Assembly: GCA_951812955.1 (NCBI GenBank)
Contig: OX638340.1
Location: 3,008,001 to 3,072,000, forward strand
Length of the DNA stretch: 64,000 bases
Source of the DNA: an uncultured Gemmatimonadota bacterium
GTDB taxonomy: Bacteria > JAAXHH01
Reading direction: 5' to 3'
Shown: piece after piece, positions 22,429-32,423 of the stretch
How positions within the stretch are numbered: the first letter of the stretch is position 1
Layout of the letters: each line of letters begins with the position of its first letter
Made by a program: the position numbers and the translations under genes
Notes under the pieces: model-generated
Database searches by the model: none
The model's input: only the letters and a program-made list of their open reading frames with translations
What the model was told of the DNA's origin: nothing

Positions 22429-24582
22429 ATGCCGGCGTTGCCGATAGCGGATATCCCGTACATGTCTCAAATCACCTCGCACCAGGATGCAGAACGACAA
22501 ACGAGTGAAGCGGTGCCGAACATTTCGTCCAGGCCGCCTGCCGATGCCCCGGTCGAAACCCGACCCGTGACCTACGTGTTCACCGGAGGCGGGACGGGCG
22601 GCCACGTCTATCCGGGTCTGGCCATCGCCGACGAGGTCCGGTCCCGGAACCCCGGGGTCCGGATCGTGTACATCGGCGCACGGGGCAGGATGGAAGCCTC
22701 CCTCGTGCCGAAGCGAGGCTATCCGATACACCTGGTCCATGCACGTGGACTGCCGTCGGGCAGGCGGGTTCTTGCGCTCCTGGGATTCGCGGCCTACACC
22801 GGATTCGGCGTTTTTCAAAGCCTGTTCCACCTGGTGCGGCATCGACCCCGCATGATTGTCGCCACGGGCGGCTATGCCAGCAGTCCCGTTCTCCTGGCCT
22901 ACTGGATGCTCAGAACACTCCGTCTCGCGGGGGCCTGTCGGTGTTTCGTCCACGAACAAAACGTCGTGCCCGGGAAGGTCAACCGTCTGGCCGGACGAAT
23001 CGCGGACCGTATCGGCGTATCTTTCGAAGCGTCGTTGCGACATTTTCCTGCGGGGAAGGCGACGTGGACGGGCTATCCAGTCAGGACGGAGATCGGCGCC
23101 GTGTCGGGCGCCGAAGCGCGTAGTTCACTGGGGCTTCCGTCCGAAGCGAAGGTCATTTTCGCCTTCGGCGCTTCGTCGGGCGCCCGTTCCATCAACCGGG
23201 CCGTGGTCGACGCGCTGCCCCGCCTGCTGTCCAGGCAGGATATCCACGTCATCCACGTTATCGGACAGACCCGAAGTCCGGATTACCACGCCGAAGCCGA
23301 CACCCTGGACCGCCTTGAGAGACTCGACCTCACCGATGAACAGCGGTCGAGATACCTCCAATCAGAGTACTCCCACGAAATCGAAACGCTCTACGCCGCC
23401 AGCGACCTGGTTATCACCCGTTCCAGTGCAGGGGTCATCACGGAGATCGGCATTTGCGGTATACCGTCCGTACTCGTACCGCTGCCCTACGCGCCCGGCG
23501 ACCATCAGGCCGTGAACGCCAGGACGCTCGAATCGAGCGGCGCGGCCAGCGTGGTGTACGAATCGATTTCCATGGAGAACGGCCAGACCATTGGCGAGGT
23601 CAACGGAGTGCGCCTGGCCCGTCTGGCCCTCGAGATCCTGGACGATCCGGCCCGACGCGACGCCATGATCCGGCGTGCGCGGGAGACCTTCGATCGCGGC
23701 GGGCTGGACCGGATCGCCGACCAGTTGGATCAGATATCGACAGACCGGCCGTCGGACCGGGTTCTCTCCAATGGCAGGCCCGATGAACCCGATGTTGCCG
23801 GGTCCGTTTTTCCCCCCGAACACGTGTTTTCCGCGTTTTCCCTGGTCCGCCGGTTCACGACGGACCGCGATCAGACATTCATCGACTCCGTGGGAGAAGA
23901 CTACCTCAAGTACCGTGTCGACGGATACCTCAAGAGCGCGCGCTGGCAGATCCGGAACGAAGGCGTCAAACTCGTCGGACTGCTCGGCTACCGGGATCGC
24001 CTGCCCTTCATCCTTGCGCTGCTGCGCGACAAGACACCGGCGCCCAGGTTGCAGCGGTTGTTTGGGGGAGATTACAGGCAGGTCGGCTTCATTCGCAGGA
24101 ACGCCGTGACGACGATCAGCCAGCTCGGTGTCTACGATACGCCGGTGCGCGCCACGCTGCTGGACCTGTTGTCGGATCCCTATTACGAAGTCCGGTCGGC
24201 CGCCGCCAGGGGTTTCGCCGCCCTCGCTCCGGAAACCGGGGATAGGGACGACGAGGTCCTGGGCGGACTGCGCGGCCTGTTGCGGGAATCCTCCTTCGAA
24301 GTCCGGTCTGCCGCCATACTCGCCATGGGCAAAACGGGCGACGGCGCCGTCGCGGAATGGCTCAGGCCCTTTTACCAGGACCCGAACGGGAAGGTCCGCC
24401 AGGCCGTCATCGACGCCCTGAACGACCTGGTCAGGAGGAAGATGATCGACGACCTGGATGGACTGCGCGAAGAACTCGACGGGATTCTGATCACCAGCAA
24501 TCACTTCGACCCGGACTTCCCGATTAAACGTACGCTGAACCGGCTGATCGACATGATCCGCCGTCAGCAGGAATCCCCATGA
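22429..24582 (+). CDS. murG: MurG-type GT28 glycosyltransferase (UDP-GlcNAc:undecaprenyl-PP-MurNAc-pentapeptide GlcNAc transferase-like) fused to a C-terminal HEAT/PBS-lyase-like repeat domain
   Basis: 717 aa. The MurG N-terminal G-loop TGGGTGGHVYPGLAIADE is present. The donor-binding half runs ~22550-23700, and an ~300-aa C-terminal extension carries repeated SDPYYEVRSAAARGFAAL / SSFEVRSAAILAMGKTGD / NGKVRQAVIDALNDL HEAT-like units. The start may be the internal Met at 22462. It sits directly upstream of mraY. Confidence 0.7.
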   Translation: MPALPIADIPYMSQITSHQDAERQTSEAVPNISSRPPADAPVETRPVTYVFTGGGTGGHVYPGLAIADEVRSRNPGVRIVYIGARGRMEASLVPKRGYPIHLVHARGLPSGRRVLALLGFAAYTGFGVFQSLFHLVRHRPRMIVATGGYASSPVLLAYWMLRTLRLAGACRCFVHEQNVVPGKVNRLAGRIADRIGVSFEASLRHFPAGKATWTGYPVRTEIGAVSGAEARSSLGLPSEAKVIFAFGASSGARSINRAVVDALPRLLSRQDIHVIHVIGQTRSPDYHAEADTLDRLERLDLTDEQRSRYLQSEYSHEIETLYAASDLVITRSSAGVITEIGICGIPSVLVPLPYAPGDHQAVNARTLESSGAASVVYESISMENGQTIGEVNGVRLARLALEILDDPARRDAMIRRARETFDRGGLDRIADQLDQISTDRPSDRVLSNGRPDEPDVAGSVFPPEHVFSAFSLVRRFTTDRDQTFIDSVGEDYLKYRVDGYLKSARWQIRNEGVKLVGLLGYRDRLPFILALLRDKTPAPRLQRLFGGDYRQVGFIRRNAVTTISQLGVYDTPVRATLLDLLSDPYYEVRSAAARGFAALAPETGDRDDEVLGGLRGLLRESSFEVRSAAILAMGKTGDGAVAEWLRPFYQDPNGKVRQAVIDALNDLVRRKMIDDLDGLREELDGILITSNHFDPDFPIKRTLNRLIDMIRRQQESP

Positions 24583-24589
24583 GCGCCCT

Positions 24590-25699
24590 ATGATCTATCA
24601 CCTGGTCACGTACCTGTTCGATACCGTCGATTCACTATCGTTTCTGCGCCTTTTCCAGTACCTGAGCTTCCGCGCCATCTGCGCGGCGCTGACGGGATTC
24701 GGCGTAACGCTGCTATTCGGCCAACGCATCATCCGCCTGTTGTACGTGAACCACGTGCGGGACAATCCCCGGACGCACGGCGAGGTTTCCACCGCCTCGA
24801 AGGCCGGTACGCCGCTCATGGGCGGGCTGCTGATCATCGCGTCCATTTTCGCCAGCATCCTGCTTTGGAGCGACCTGCTCAACCGCTTCACCATGGTCTT
24901 CCTGCTCGCACTGGTCTGGTTCTCCCTGTTCGGTTTCATCGACGACTACCGGAAGGTCAGGTACCGGGACAGCGACCGCGGCCTGTCCCAGGCCGCCAAG
25001 CTGTTTTTTCAGGCGGTGTTCGGCTTCGGCTTCGGACTGATCTTCCTGCTGCCCGACCTGTCACCCGTGTCGGCGGAGATCTCATCGGAACTCTATCTCC
25101 CCTTCGTCAAGGACCCTGTCCTCGACCTGGGCTGGTGGTACCTGCCCTTCATAGCCTTCGTCATAGTGGCAATTGCCAACGCGGTGAATTTCGCCGACGG
25201 CCTGGACGGACTGTCTATCGTACCGGTCTCGTTCACGGTGGTTGTGTACGGGGTGTTCGCCTATGTCATAGGAAACGCCATCTATTCCGGATACCTGCAA
25301 TTCACCTACCTGCCGGGCAGCGGTGAATTGACGGTGATCTGTGCGGGAGTATTCGGCGCTTGCATGGGTTTCCTATGGTACAACGCCTATCCCGCCCAGG
25401 TATTCATGGGCGACGTCGGCGCCCTGCCCCTGGGTGGGATCGTCGGCACTCTTGCCGTACTGCTCAAACAGGAGTTCCTCTTCGTCATCACCGGCGGGAT
25501 CTTCGTCGCCATGGCCTTCTCGGTCCTGGTGCAGGAAAAGATCGGAATCAGATGGCTCGGCCGGCGCATCTTCTACATGGCGCCGCTCCATCATGCCTTC
25601 CAGTACCGGGGCCTGGCCGAGACGAAGGTCGTGATCCGGATCTGGATCATCGCGGGTATCCTGGCGATCATCGGACTGTCTACGCTGAAGATCCGGTAG
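24590..25699 (+). CDS. mraY: Phospho-N-acetylmuramoyl-pentapeptide transferase
   Basis: 369 aa, 10 TM. Canonical MraY N-terminus (MIYHLVTYLFDTV..FRLFQYLSFRA) and the KAGTPLMGG, GFIDDY, NAVNFADGLDGL and HHAFQ motifs. Confidence 0.85.
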   Translation: MIYHLVTYLFDTVDSLSFLRLFQYLSFRAICAALTGFGVTLLFGQRIIRLLYVNHVRDNPRTHGEVSTASKAGTPLMGGLLIIASIFASILLWSDLLNRFTMVFLLALVWFSLFGFIDDYRKVRYRDSDRGLSQAAKLFFQAVFGFGFGLIFLLPDLSPVSAEISSELYLPFVKDPVLDLGWWYLPFIAFVIVAIANAVNFADGLDGLSIVPVSFTVVVYGVFAYVIGNAIYSGYLQFTYLPGSGELTVICAGVFGACMGFLWYNAYPAQVFMGDVGALPLGGIVGTLAVLLKQEFLFVITGGIFVAMAFSVLVQEKIGIRWLGRRIFYMAPLHHAFQYRGLAETKVVIRIWIIAGILAIIGLSTLKIR

Positions 25700-25725
25700 G
25701 CGCGGCGGAAGGGCGGTGGCCTCAA

Positions 25726-26820
25726 GTGATCGAGATACAGTATACGAAGTGGATTCCCCGCGTCGACGATGTCGAAGACCGACTCGAACAACTGTTCGGC
25801 CTGTTGAGCCAGATTCTCATCCATACCAGCGGCGACGTGGAGGAAGCCCTGAAATGGATGCGCTACATCGACCAGCGCCAGGGCATCTTCGACGACAACA
25901 TCAGCTATGAATCCTTCGTCAAGGAACTCGAAAAGCGGGGTTACGTAAAGCAGGACGAAAACGAGTTCACCCTCACTGAAAAGGGCGGGCGGCGTATCCG
26001 CGAGGATTCGCTCCGCTTTGTCTACGGCAGTCTCAAGAAGGGATTGAGCGGGGGGCACGAGACGCCCTTCGAGGGGGAAGGCGTGGAAAGACTGAGCGAG
26101 ACCCGTCCCTACCGCTACGGCGACCAGGCGTCGAACGTCGATTTTACCTCTACCCTCGGCAATGCGATCCGCCGGTCCGGATTCAATCTGGACCTGCACG
26201 AGGACGACTTCGAGGTCTACGAGGTCGAACACACCACGTCATGCGCTACCGTCATGCTCCTAGACGTCAGCCACAGCATGATCCTCTACGGCGAGGACCG
26301 CATTTCCCCGGCCAAGCGAGTGGCCATGGCCCTGGCGGAGCTCATTCTCCGCAAGTACCCGAAGGACGAACTGCATCTCGTCCTCTTTGGCGACGACGCG
26401 AAGCAGGTGAAGATCGAAGACCTGCCCTACGTCTCGGTCGGCCCTTACCACACGAACACCAAGGCCGGCCTCCTCATGGCCCGGAACATCCTGCGCCGGA
26501 CCCGGAACGTCAACAAGCAGGTCTTCATGATTACCGACGGCAAGCCTTCGGCCATCTACGACCGGAACGGCCGCCTGTACCTGAATTCATTCGGTCTTGA
26601 CCCCCGGATCGTGAACCGGACCCTCGACGAGGCCATAACCTGCCGCCGGGAGAAGATCACCATCAGCACCTTCATGGTCACCCAGGATCCCTACCTTGTC
26701 GGCTTCGTGGAGAAACTCACGGAGATGAACCACGGCCGCGCCTATTACTCCTCGCTCGACAGCCTGGGTGAGTACATTCTCGTGGACTATGTCAAGAACC
26801 GCCGCCGCCGGGTGAATTGA
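25726..26820 (+). CDS. von Willebrand factor type A (VWA) domain protein, CoxE-like
   Basis: Proposed GTG start at 25726 with a GAAGGG SD, 365 aa. The track ORF 25360.. overlaps mraY in another frame. The C-terminal VWA has a MIDAS DxSxS (LLDVSHSM) and a TDG motif (MITDGKPSA). The ~190-aa N-terminal domain is of unknown function. Confidence 0.65.
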   Translation: MIEIQYTKWIPRVDDVEDRLEQLFGLLSQILIHTSGDVEEALKWMRYIDQRQGIFDDNISYESFVKELEKRGYVKQDENEFTLTEKGGRRIREDSLRFVYGSLKKGLSGGHETPFEGEGVERLSETRPYRYGDQASNVDFTSTLGNAIRRSGFNLDLHEDDFEVYEVEHTTSCATVMLLDVSHSMILYGEDRISPAKRVAMALAELILRKYPKDELHLVLFGDDAKQVKIEDLPYVSVGPYHTNTKAGLLMARNILRRTRNVNKQVFMITDGKPSAIYDRNGRLYLNSFGLDPRIVNRTLDEAITCRREKITISTFMVTQDPYLVGFVEKLTEMNHGRAYYSSLDSLGEYILVDYVKNRRRRVN

Positions 26821-27121
26821 GGACGGGCATTTTCCCGGGTATTCCGGTCGGGCGATTGGTTGCGGACTACCGTGGCCTGCGTCATGCGTTCCGGTGCAGC
26901 GCAGTCATGGTTATTTCGTTTTAGTCAATAAAATAGAATAGTATTAAATCTTATTCCATTAATCCTAATAACATGTGTATCAGGTATCTCCTTCGGAAAT
27001 AGAACGAATCTTGACTGTAGTATCGCCTTGTGCGTAAAAGGACGCTGTTGTAAATTAAGTCTTAAAATGGAATAGCAAACTATGTAATTCCACCAAATGA
27101 AATAAAGAAAGGGCGGCAGTA

Positions 27122-28285
27122 GTGGAACGGGGACTGAGTGGCACCTATGACCGAATGACCATAGGTGGAGAAACGGTACAGGCCTTTGTACCGCTGCCAT
27201 TGCCTCCCAATCCACGACTGGATCTGGACGGACCGCTACAACAGTTATTCGAATCTGCGGTACTCGCCCTGGGACGGCTCGACAGCATTACGACGCTCCT
27301 CCCCGATGAGGAGCTTTTCCTTTATGCCTACGTGCGTAAGGAAGCGGTACTTTCTTCCCAGATCGAAGGCACTCAGTCTTCATTATCAGACCTTTTGCTC
27401 TTCGAACTAGAAGATGTCCCAGGCACACCAAACATCGATGTACATGAAGTCTCAAATTATGTAGCGGCGATGGAACATGGATTAAATCGTCTGAAGAATA
27501 ACTTCCCGTTATCGAATCGACTGATCCGCGAAGCACATAAAATACTATTGTCTCACGGTCGAGGCAGTTCCAAGTCTCCGGGTGAATTCAGACGGTCGCA
27601 GAACTGGATTGGAGGCACTCGCCCGGGCAACGCCATCTATGTGCCTCCACCACAAACGGTCTTACCGGACTGCATGGCCGAGTTCGAGCGTTTTCTGCAC
27701 ACGGAGGACGACGGGTTGCCCGTGTTGCTACGTGCGGGACTGGCCCATGTTCAGTTTGAGACCATCCACCCGTTTCTCGATGGGAACGGTCGAGTTGGTC
27801 GGTTGCTTATCACGTTGCTGTTATGCCAAGCAGGGATACTGCACCAACCCATGCTGTACTTGAGCTTGTACTTCAAGCAACATCGCAGCGAATACTACGA
27901 GTTGCTTAACAACGTACGCCTCACCGGCAACTGGGAAGAATGGCTTTCCTTTTTCCTTGAAGGAGTTAAAATCACAGCCGACGGCGCGGTCGGTACGGTT
28001 CAGCGACTCAACACAATGTTCAGACTGGATCGAGACAGGATCGAGGAGGTCGCAGGTAGAAAAGCCGGATCAGCGCTACGTGTACACGAAGCACTTAAAT
28101 CTCAAATGCTTCTGTCTCTTCCTGCTACCCGTCTCAAAACCGGTCTGTCTTATCAGGCAACAGCCACTGCCATGGATCTACTGGTTTCACTGGGTATCGC
28201 ACAGGAAATCACGGGGAAGCGCCGCAACCGGCTCTACGTTTATAAAAAGTATTTGTCTATTCTCAACGAAGGGACCGAAGTTTAG
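27122..28285 (+). CDS. Fic-family protein (class II, canonical AMPylation motif) with C-terminal winged-helix domain
   Basis: 387 aa. Core motif HPFLDGNGRVGR matches HPFx[DE]GNGRxxR. The N-terminal inhibitory motif SSQIEG matches [ST]xxxE[GN] upstream of the core. GC is ~50%, and a 250-bp AT-rich tract lies upstream. Confidence 0.85.
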   Translation: MERGLSGTYDRMTIGGETVQAFVPLPLPPNPRLDLDGPLQQLFESAVLALGRLDSITTLLPDEELFLYAYVRKEAVLSSQIEGTQSSLSDLLLFELEDVPGTPNIDVHEVSNYVAAMEHGLNRLKNNFPLSNRLIREAHKILLSHGRGSSKSPGEFRRSQNWIGGTRPGNAIYVPPPQTVLPDCMAEFERFLHTEDDGLPVLLRAGLAHVQFETIHPFLDGNGRVGRLLITLLLCQAGILHQPMLYLSLYFKQHRSEYYELLNNVRLTGNWEEWLSFFLEGVKITADGAVGTVQRLNTMFRLDRDRIEEVAGRKAGSALRVHEALKSQMLLSLPATRLKTGLSYQATATAMDLLVSLGIAQEITGKRRNRLYVYKKYLSILNEGTEV

Positions 28286-28412
28286 CTACCAGGTTTACTC
28301 GGTCTGGAATAATGAGAACGGTCGGCCATTGGCGTTCGTTTCGAATTGTAAAGGACGGACTATGTTCAATGAACAAGCGCACTCCCTGCGGTCTCCTTGA
28401 CTATCGGCCACC

Positions 28413-29048
28413 ATGACCCCTGCCTCGTTTGTGCATTCCCTTCAGCAACTCGAGTTCGATCAGGTATTCAACCCGTACACGGATCGATGTTCCGTATACG
28501 ACCGGGAAGACGCCCCGCTCTTGCGATCGCGGCTTCTGCGAGACATGGTCGAATCGGCAACTGAATCAAGACTCGATGCACTTTGGGTCGGCCGCGACTA
28601 CAGCTACCGCGGTGGGCGCCGTACAGGCCTGGCTTTCACCGACGACGTACACCTCGGCGAACACGCGCTCAGGTGGGGGCTGACGATGCAACGGCCGGTC
28701 CGTGGCGATCCGGTCAAGGAACGCTCCGCCAGCATAGTCTGGAGCGTACTGTCTCGCATCGAGGCGACCGTATTCCTCTGGAACGTCTTTCCTCTACACC
28801 CCCACGAGCCGGGCAATCCCTTCAGCAACAGGTCCCACAATGCGCAGGAGCGCCGGGCAGGACAGTCCCTCCTCGATCAGCTGGTCCGGCTTCTGCAACC
28901 GTCCGCCATTATCGCCATTGGAAACGACGCGGAAAAGGCGGCCCTAAGGCTCGAGAGACCCGCGGAGGTCACAAAGGTACGCCATCCCAGCTATGGGGGC
29001 CGGACCGAGTTCCTGGAAGGCATGAAAACGTACTACGGTTTCCGCTGA
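28413..29048 (+). CDS. Uracil-DNA glycosylase-superfamily protein (SMUG/family-3-like motifs)
   Basis: 211 aa. GRDYSYRGGRRTGLAF resembles the SMUG GMNPGPxGMxQTGVPF motif. VFLWNVFPLHP resembles the F-x-x-N-x-x-P-L segment. The C-terminal HPSYGG resembles the HPSPRN motif. The assignment is by motif only. Confidence 0.45.
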   Translation: MTPASFVHSLQQLEFDQVFNPYTDRCSVYDREDAPLLRSRLLRDMVESATESRLDALWVGRDYSYRGGRRTGLAFTDDVHLGEHALRWGLTMQRPVRGDPVKERSASIVWSVLSRIEATVFLWNVFPLHPHEPGNPFSNRSHNAQERRAGQSLLDQLVRLLQPSAIIAIGNDAEKAALRLERPAEVTKVRHPSYGGRTEFLEGMKTYYGFR

Positions 29049-29160
29049 ATCGATTCGGCGCGGAACGTCGGTGTCCCGGCCGGACGACCCGCTCCGCACG
29101 GTCCTGCAAACCGCCGTACTTTCATCCACGGGTTGATACACGGAACCCGTTTGATCTGGC

Positions 29161-29189
29161 TTGACGAGCCGGAATCGGCCGTGTAGTAT
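29161..29189 (+). promoter_or_regulatory. Sigma70-like promoter candidate upstream of amt (TTGACG-17 bp-TAGTAT)
   Basis: ttgacgagccggaatcggccgtgtagtat. It lies 90-140 nt upstream of the amt start codons. Confidence 0.35.
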
Positions 29190-29276
29190 ATCTCGACACA
29201 CTCAACACGATCAAACCACATTTATTTTCATCATCCCATCACCCACTATCATCGGTGTCAGCCGGGAGATCACACC

Positions 29277-30683
29277 ATGAGTGCATTGCTCAGTCACGTA
29301 TTGTCTTACAGGCCGCGCGGCATTTCGTCGATGAAACTGCTGGCCGTGCTGGCAGCGGCGGTCTGCGGCGCAGGGACCGCCTTTGCCATGGCGGAGCACG
29401 AAGGCGTCCTCGTCTCATCGCCGGACCAGTTCGTGTTCAACACCATTTCCTTCATGCTCTGGGGCGCACTGGTGATGTGGATGTGTGCTGGTTTTACCAT
29501 GCTTGAATCCGGGTCGGTGCGGACCAAGAACGCCTCCATGATCTGCCTGAAGAACATCGGCCTCTATTCCATCGCCGGGATCGCCTACTATTTCCTGGGT
29601 TACAATCTCATGTACGTCGACGTGGGTAGTTTCGTGGGATCATTCTCGCTTTCGTACGGACCGACGGCCGACGAGATCGCCCTGGTGAACGGTACGGAGT
29701 CGGCCGCAGCCGAGGTGATCGCACTGGGATACTCCACCATGTCGGACTGGTTCTTCCAGATGGTTTTCGTGGCCACGGCCGCATCCATCGTTTCGGGCGC
29801 GCTGGCGGAAAGAGTCAAGCTCTGGTCTTTCTTTATCTTCGTCCTGTTCCTCACCGGGGTCATCTATCCCGTCGTCGGTGCGTGGACCTGGGGCGAGGGT
29901 TGGCTCAGCCAGTTGGGGTTCAAGGATTTCGCGGGATCCACGATCGTCCACAGCACGGGCGGATGGGCGGCCCTGGCCGGCCTGATCGTCGTCGGCCCCA
30001 GACTCGGCAAGTACCGCAAGGACGGTTCGGTAAAAAACACCCCGCCTTCCAACGTGCTGGTGGTGACCCTGGGCGTCTTCATCCTGTGGCTCGGATGGTT
30101 CGGATTCAACGGCGGTTCGCAGCTGGCGCTGGGTAGTCCACTGGACGCCGTGGCGATGAGTCACGTCCTCGTGAATACCAACCTGGCGGCCGCGGCGGGC
30201 GCGCTCATGGCGCTGTTCTGCACGCGGCCCGTCTTCGGCCGTATCGATCTATTCGCCTGCCTGAACGGCGCCATTGCGGGCCTGGTCTCGATCACTGCGG
30301 GACCGGACATGGTGCAGCACTACTGGGCCCTCATCATCGGGGCCATCGGCGGCGTCATCTGCACGGTTGGGATGAAACTGTTGGAATCGGTTAGAATCGA
30401 CGACGTGGTCGGCGCCGTGCCCGCCCATCTCTTCGCGGGCATCTGGGGTACGGTGGCCGTGTGTATCGTGAGTGGAGGCAACCTGGGCGTGCAGTTGATC
30501 GGCATTCTCTCGATCGGCGCTTTCGTCTTCGCAGCGTCCTGGGTGATCTGGAAGCTGATCGACCTGGTCCTTTCCGTCCGGGTGACTGCCCAGGTCGAAC
30601 GGCTGGGACAGGACGTCGGGGAACTCGGCATCGAGGCGTATCCCGAATTCGTGCTTACGCCCGAAGAACTGGATGAAGACTGA
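29277..30683 (+). CDS. amt: Ammonium transporter (Amt/MEP/Rh family)
   Basis: 468 aa (the start may be the Met at 29331, which begins a signal-peptide-like MKLLAVLAAAVCGAGTAFA). Twin-His and Amt signature regions are present (..GGWAALAGLIVVGPRLGKY.., ..LGVFILWLGWFGFNGGS..). No glnK/PII gene follows. Confidence 0.9.
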   Translation: MSALLSHVLSYRPRGISSMKLLAVLAAAVCGAGTAFAMAEHEGVLVSSPDQFVFNTISFMLWGALVMWMCAGFTMLESGSVRTKNASMICLKNIGLYSIAGIAYYFLGYNLMYVDVGSFVGSFSLSYGPTADEIALVNGTESAAAEVIALGYSTMSDWFFQMVFVATAASIVSGALAERVKLWSFFIFVLFLTGVIYPVVGAWTWGEGWLSQLGFKDFAGSTIVHSTGGWAALAGLIVVGPRLGKYRKDGSVKNTPPSNVLVVTLGVFILWLGWFGFNGGSQLALGSPLDAVAMSHVLVNTNLAAAAGALMALFCTRPVFGRIDLFACLNGAIAGLVSITAGPDMVQHYWALIIGAIGGVICTVGMKLLESVRIDDVVGAVPAHLFAGIWGTVAVCIVSGGNLGVQLIGILSIGAFVFAASWVIWKLIDLVLSVRVTAQVERLGQDVGELGIEAYPEFVLTPEELDED

Positions 30684-30740
30684 AATCAAGGAAGGCGGAG
30701 CGCCATGCCGCCTGCTCATGACCCCGATTGAAGAAATAAG

Positions 30741-30780
30741 AAAACGGCGGTAACCGATTCCCGGTTACCGCCGTTTCTGT
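30741..30780. terminator. Bidirectional intrinsic terminator between convergent amt and rplQ
   Basis: Perfect 15-bp stem aaaacggcggtaacc / ggttaccgccgtttt around a 5-nt loop. It is flanked by an A-tract (aagaaataag) on one side and tttctgt on the other. Confidence 0.75.
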
Positions 30781-30895
30781 ACGCTATCGAATGTACCGTT
30801 CAAATTCCGGGCTGGAGTGCCTGCTCGGTTCCGGTCTCACCGCTCAGCTCAGGGCCGGAGCGCCGATCGGCACCTCCTCCAGCCGTTCAGCCGGT

Positions 30896-31321
30896 CTATT
30901 CCTTCTCCGCCTGGACTTCCTTCTTTTCGTCAGCTGTCTCGGCGGTCTGTTCTTCCGTCGCGACTTCCCGGTCGATCAACTCGAGTATGGACATATCTGC
31001 GGCGTCGCCCTGCCGGTGCCCGAGACGGACGATACGCGTGTACCCCCCGGGCCGGTCGGCGTACCGGTCGGCCAGCGGACCAAACAGCTTAGCGACCACG
31101 GTTTCGTTGCGGATGACCCGGAGAACCTGCCGCCTGGCATGCAGGTCTCTGCGTTTGCCAAAGGTGATGAGCCGCTCCACGAGGCGGCGCACTTCCTTGG
31201 CCTTCGCGGTGGTAGTCTGCACGCGTTCCGTGTCCAGCACCGAAGTGGCCAGGTTGCTCAGCATCGCCTTGCGGTGGCTGGGTGAGCGGCTGAGACCGCG
31301 CCCCTGCTTTCGATGTCGCAT
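30896..31321 (-). CDS. rplQ: 50S ribosomal protein L17
   Basis: 141 aa. MRHRKQGRGLSRSPSHRKAMLSNLATSV... is a canonical L17 N-terminus. It has an acidic C-terminal tail. Confidence 0.93.
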   Translation of the reverse strand: MRHRKQGRGLSRSPSHRKAMLSNLATSVLDTERVQTTTAKAKEVRRLVERLITFGKRRDLHARRQVLRVIRNETVVAKLFGPLADRYADRPGGYTRIVRLGHRQGDAADMSILELIDREVATEEQTAETADEKKEVQAEKE

Positions 31322-31373
31322 TCCTTATGCTCCTGTCCCAACTGCTCGAATGACCTGGCTGCAGGCCATTCGA

Positions 31374-32363
31374 TTACGTGTTTTCCGCTTCGGCTTCGAT
31401 GTACTCGTCGATGTCCATGCCGAATGCCAAGTCCATCGCCTGAAGGATCTGGCTCAGTTCGGTCAGCGACTTGCGGCCGAAGTTCCGGTATTTCAGCATC
31501 TCGGTCTCGCTCTTCTGCACCAGGTCCGCCAGCGTCTTGATGTCCGCCGCCCTCAGGCAATTGCTGGAGCGAACCGACAGTTCCAACTCCTCCACGTTCA
31601 TCTGCAACAGTTTCCTGGTCTCTTCGAATTTCTCGTCCACTTCCTCGTCAGGTTCGGAGATGAACTGATCTTCGATAGAGATAAACAGCTGGAGGTGGTT
31701 CCGCAGGATCTGGGACGCGGTGGACAGTGCGTCTTGCGGAACCACACTGGCGTCGGTCCAGATTTCGAGCACGAGCCGGTCGTAATCCGTGCGCTGGCCG
31801 ATCCGCGTGTTCTCCACCTGGAAGTTCACGCGCGTGACCGGGGAGAACATGGAGTCCATGGGGATCACGCCGATAGGTTGGTCCGGTATCTTGTTCTGCT
31901 CTGCGATCACGTATCCACGGCCGTTGTCGACATGAATCTCCATGCGTAACTGTCCGCCTTCGTCCAGGGACGCGATATGCAGATCCGGATTGAGAATCTC
32001 CACGTCCATGTCCGTCTGTACGTCTTCAGCGGTAACGTCACCCTTGCCTTCCGCTTCGAGCATCAGCGTCTTGGGTTCGTCGCTGTGCAGGATCAGTCGC
32101 AGTCCCTTGAGGTTCAGGATGATCTCGGCCACGTCTTCCACCACGTTCGGCATGGTGGAGAATTCGTGGGCGACTCCGTCGATGCGGACACCGACTACGG
32201 CCGCTCCGGGCAGAGAGGAAAGCAGGACCCTTCGTATGGAATTGCCGATGGTCGTCCCGTATCCCCGCTCCAGTGGCTCAATAACGAACTTGCTGTAGCC
32301 ATCGGTTACCGTATCGTCTTCAATAACGACGCCTCTCGGCATTTGGAAGTTCTTTAATTTCAT
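31374..32363 (-). CDS. rpoA: DNA-directed RNA polymerase subunit alpha
   Basis: 329 aa. Contains [23 protein letters not shown] and a C-terminal CTD ([22 protein letters not shown]). Confidence 0.95.
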   Translation of the reverse strand: MKLKNFQMPRGVVIEDDTVTDGYSKFVIEPLERGYGTTIGNSIRRVLLSSLPGAAVVGVRIDGVAHEFSTMPNVVEDVAEIILNLKGLRLILHSDEPKTLMLEAEGKGDVTAEDVQTDMDVEILNPDLHIASLDEGGQLRMEIHVDNGRGYVIAEQNKIPDQPIGVIPMDSMFSPVTRVNFQVENTRIGQRTDYDRLVLEIWTDASVVPQDALSTASQILRNHLQLFISIEDQFISEPDEEVDEKFEETRKLLQMNVEELELSVRSSNCLRAADIKTLADLVQKSETEMLKYRNFGRKSLTELSQILQAMDLAFGMDIDEYIEAEAENT

Positions 32364-32423
32364 AACGTTCGTTGCCCCTCATCGCGCACGTCGAGTGAAC
32401 ACAGGGATGGCAGAATGACGGCC

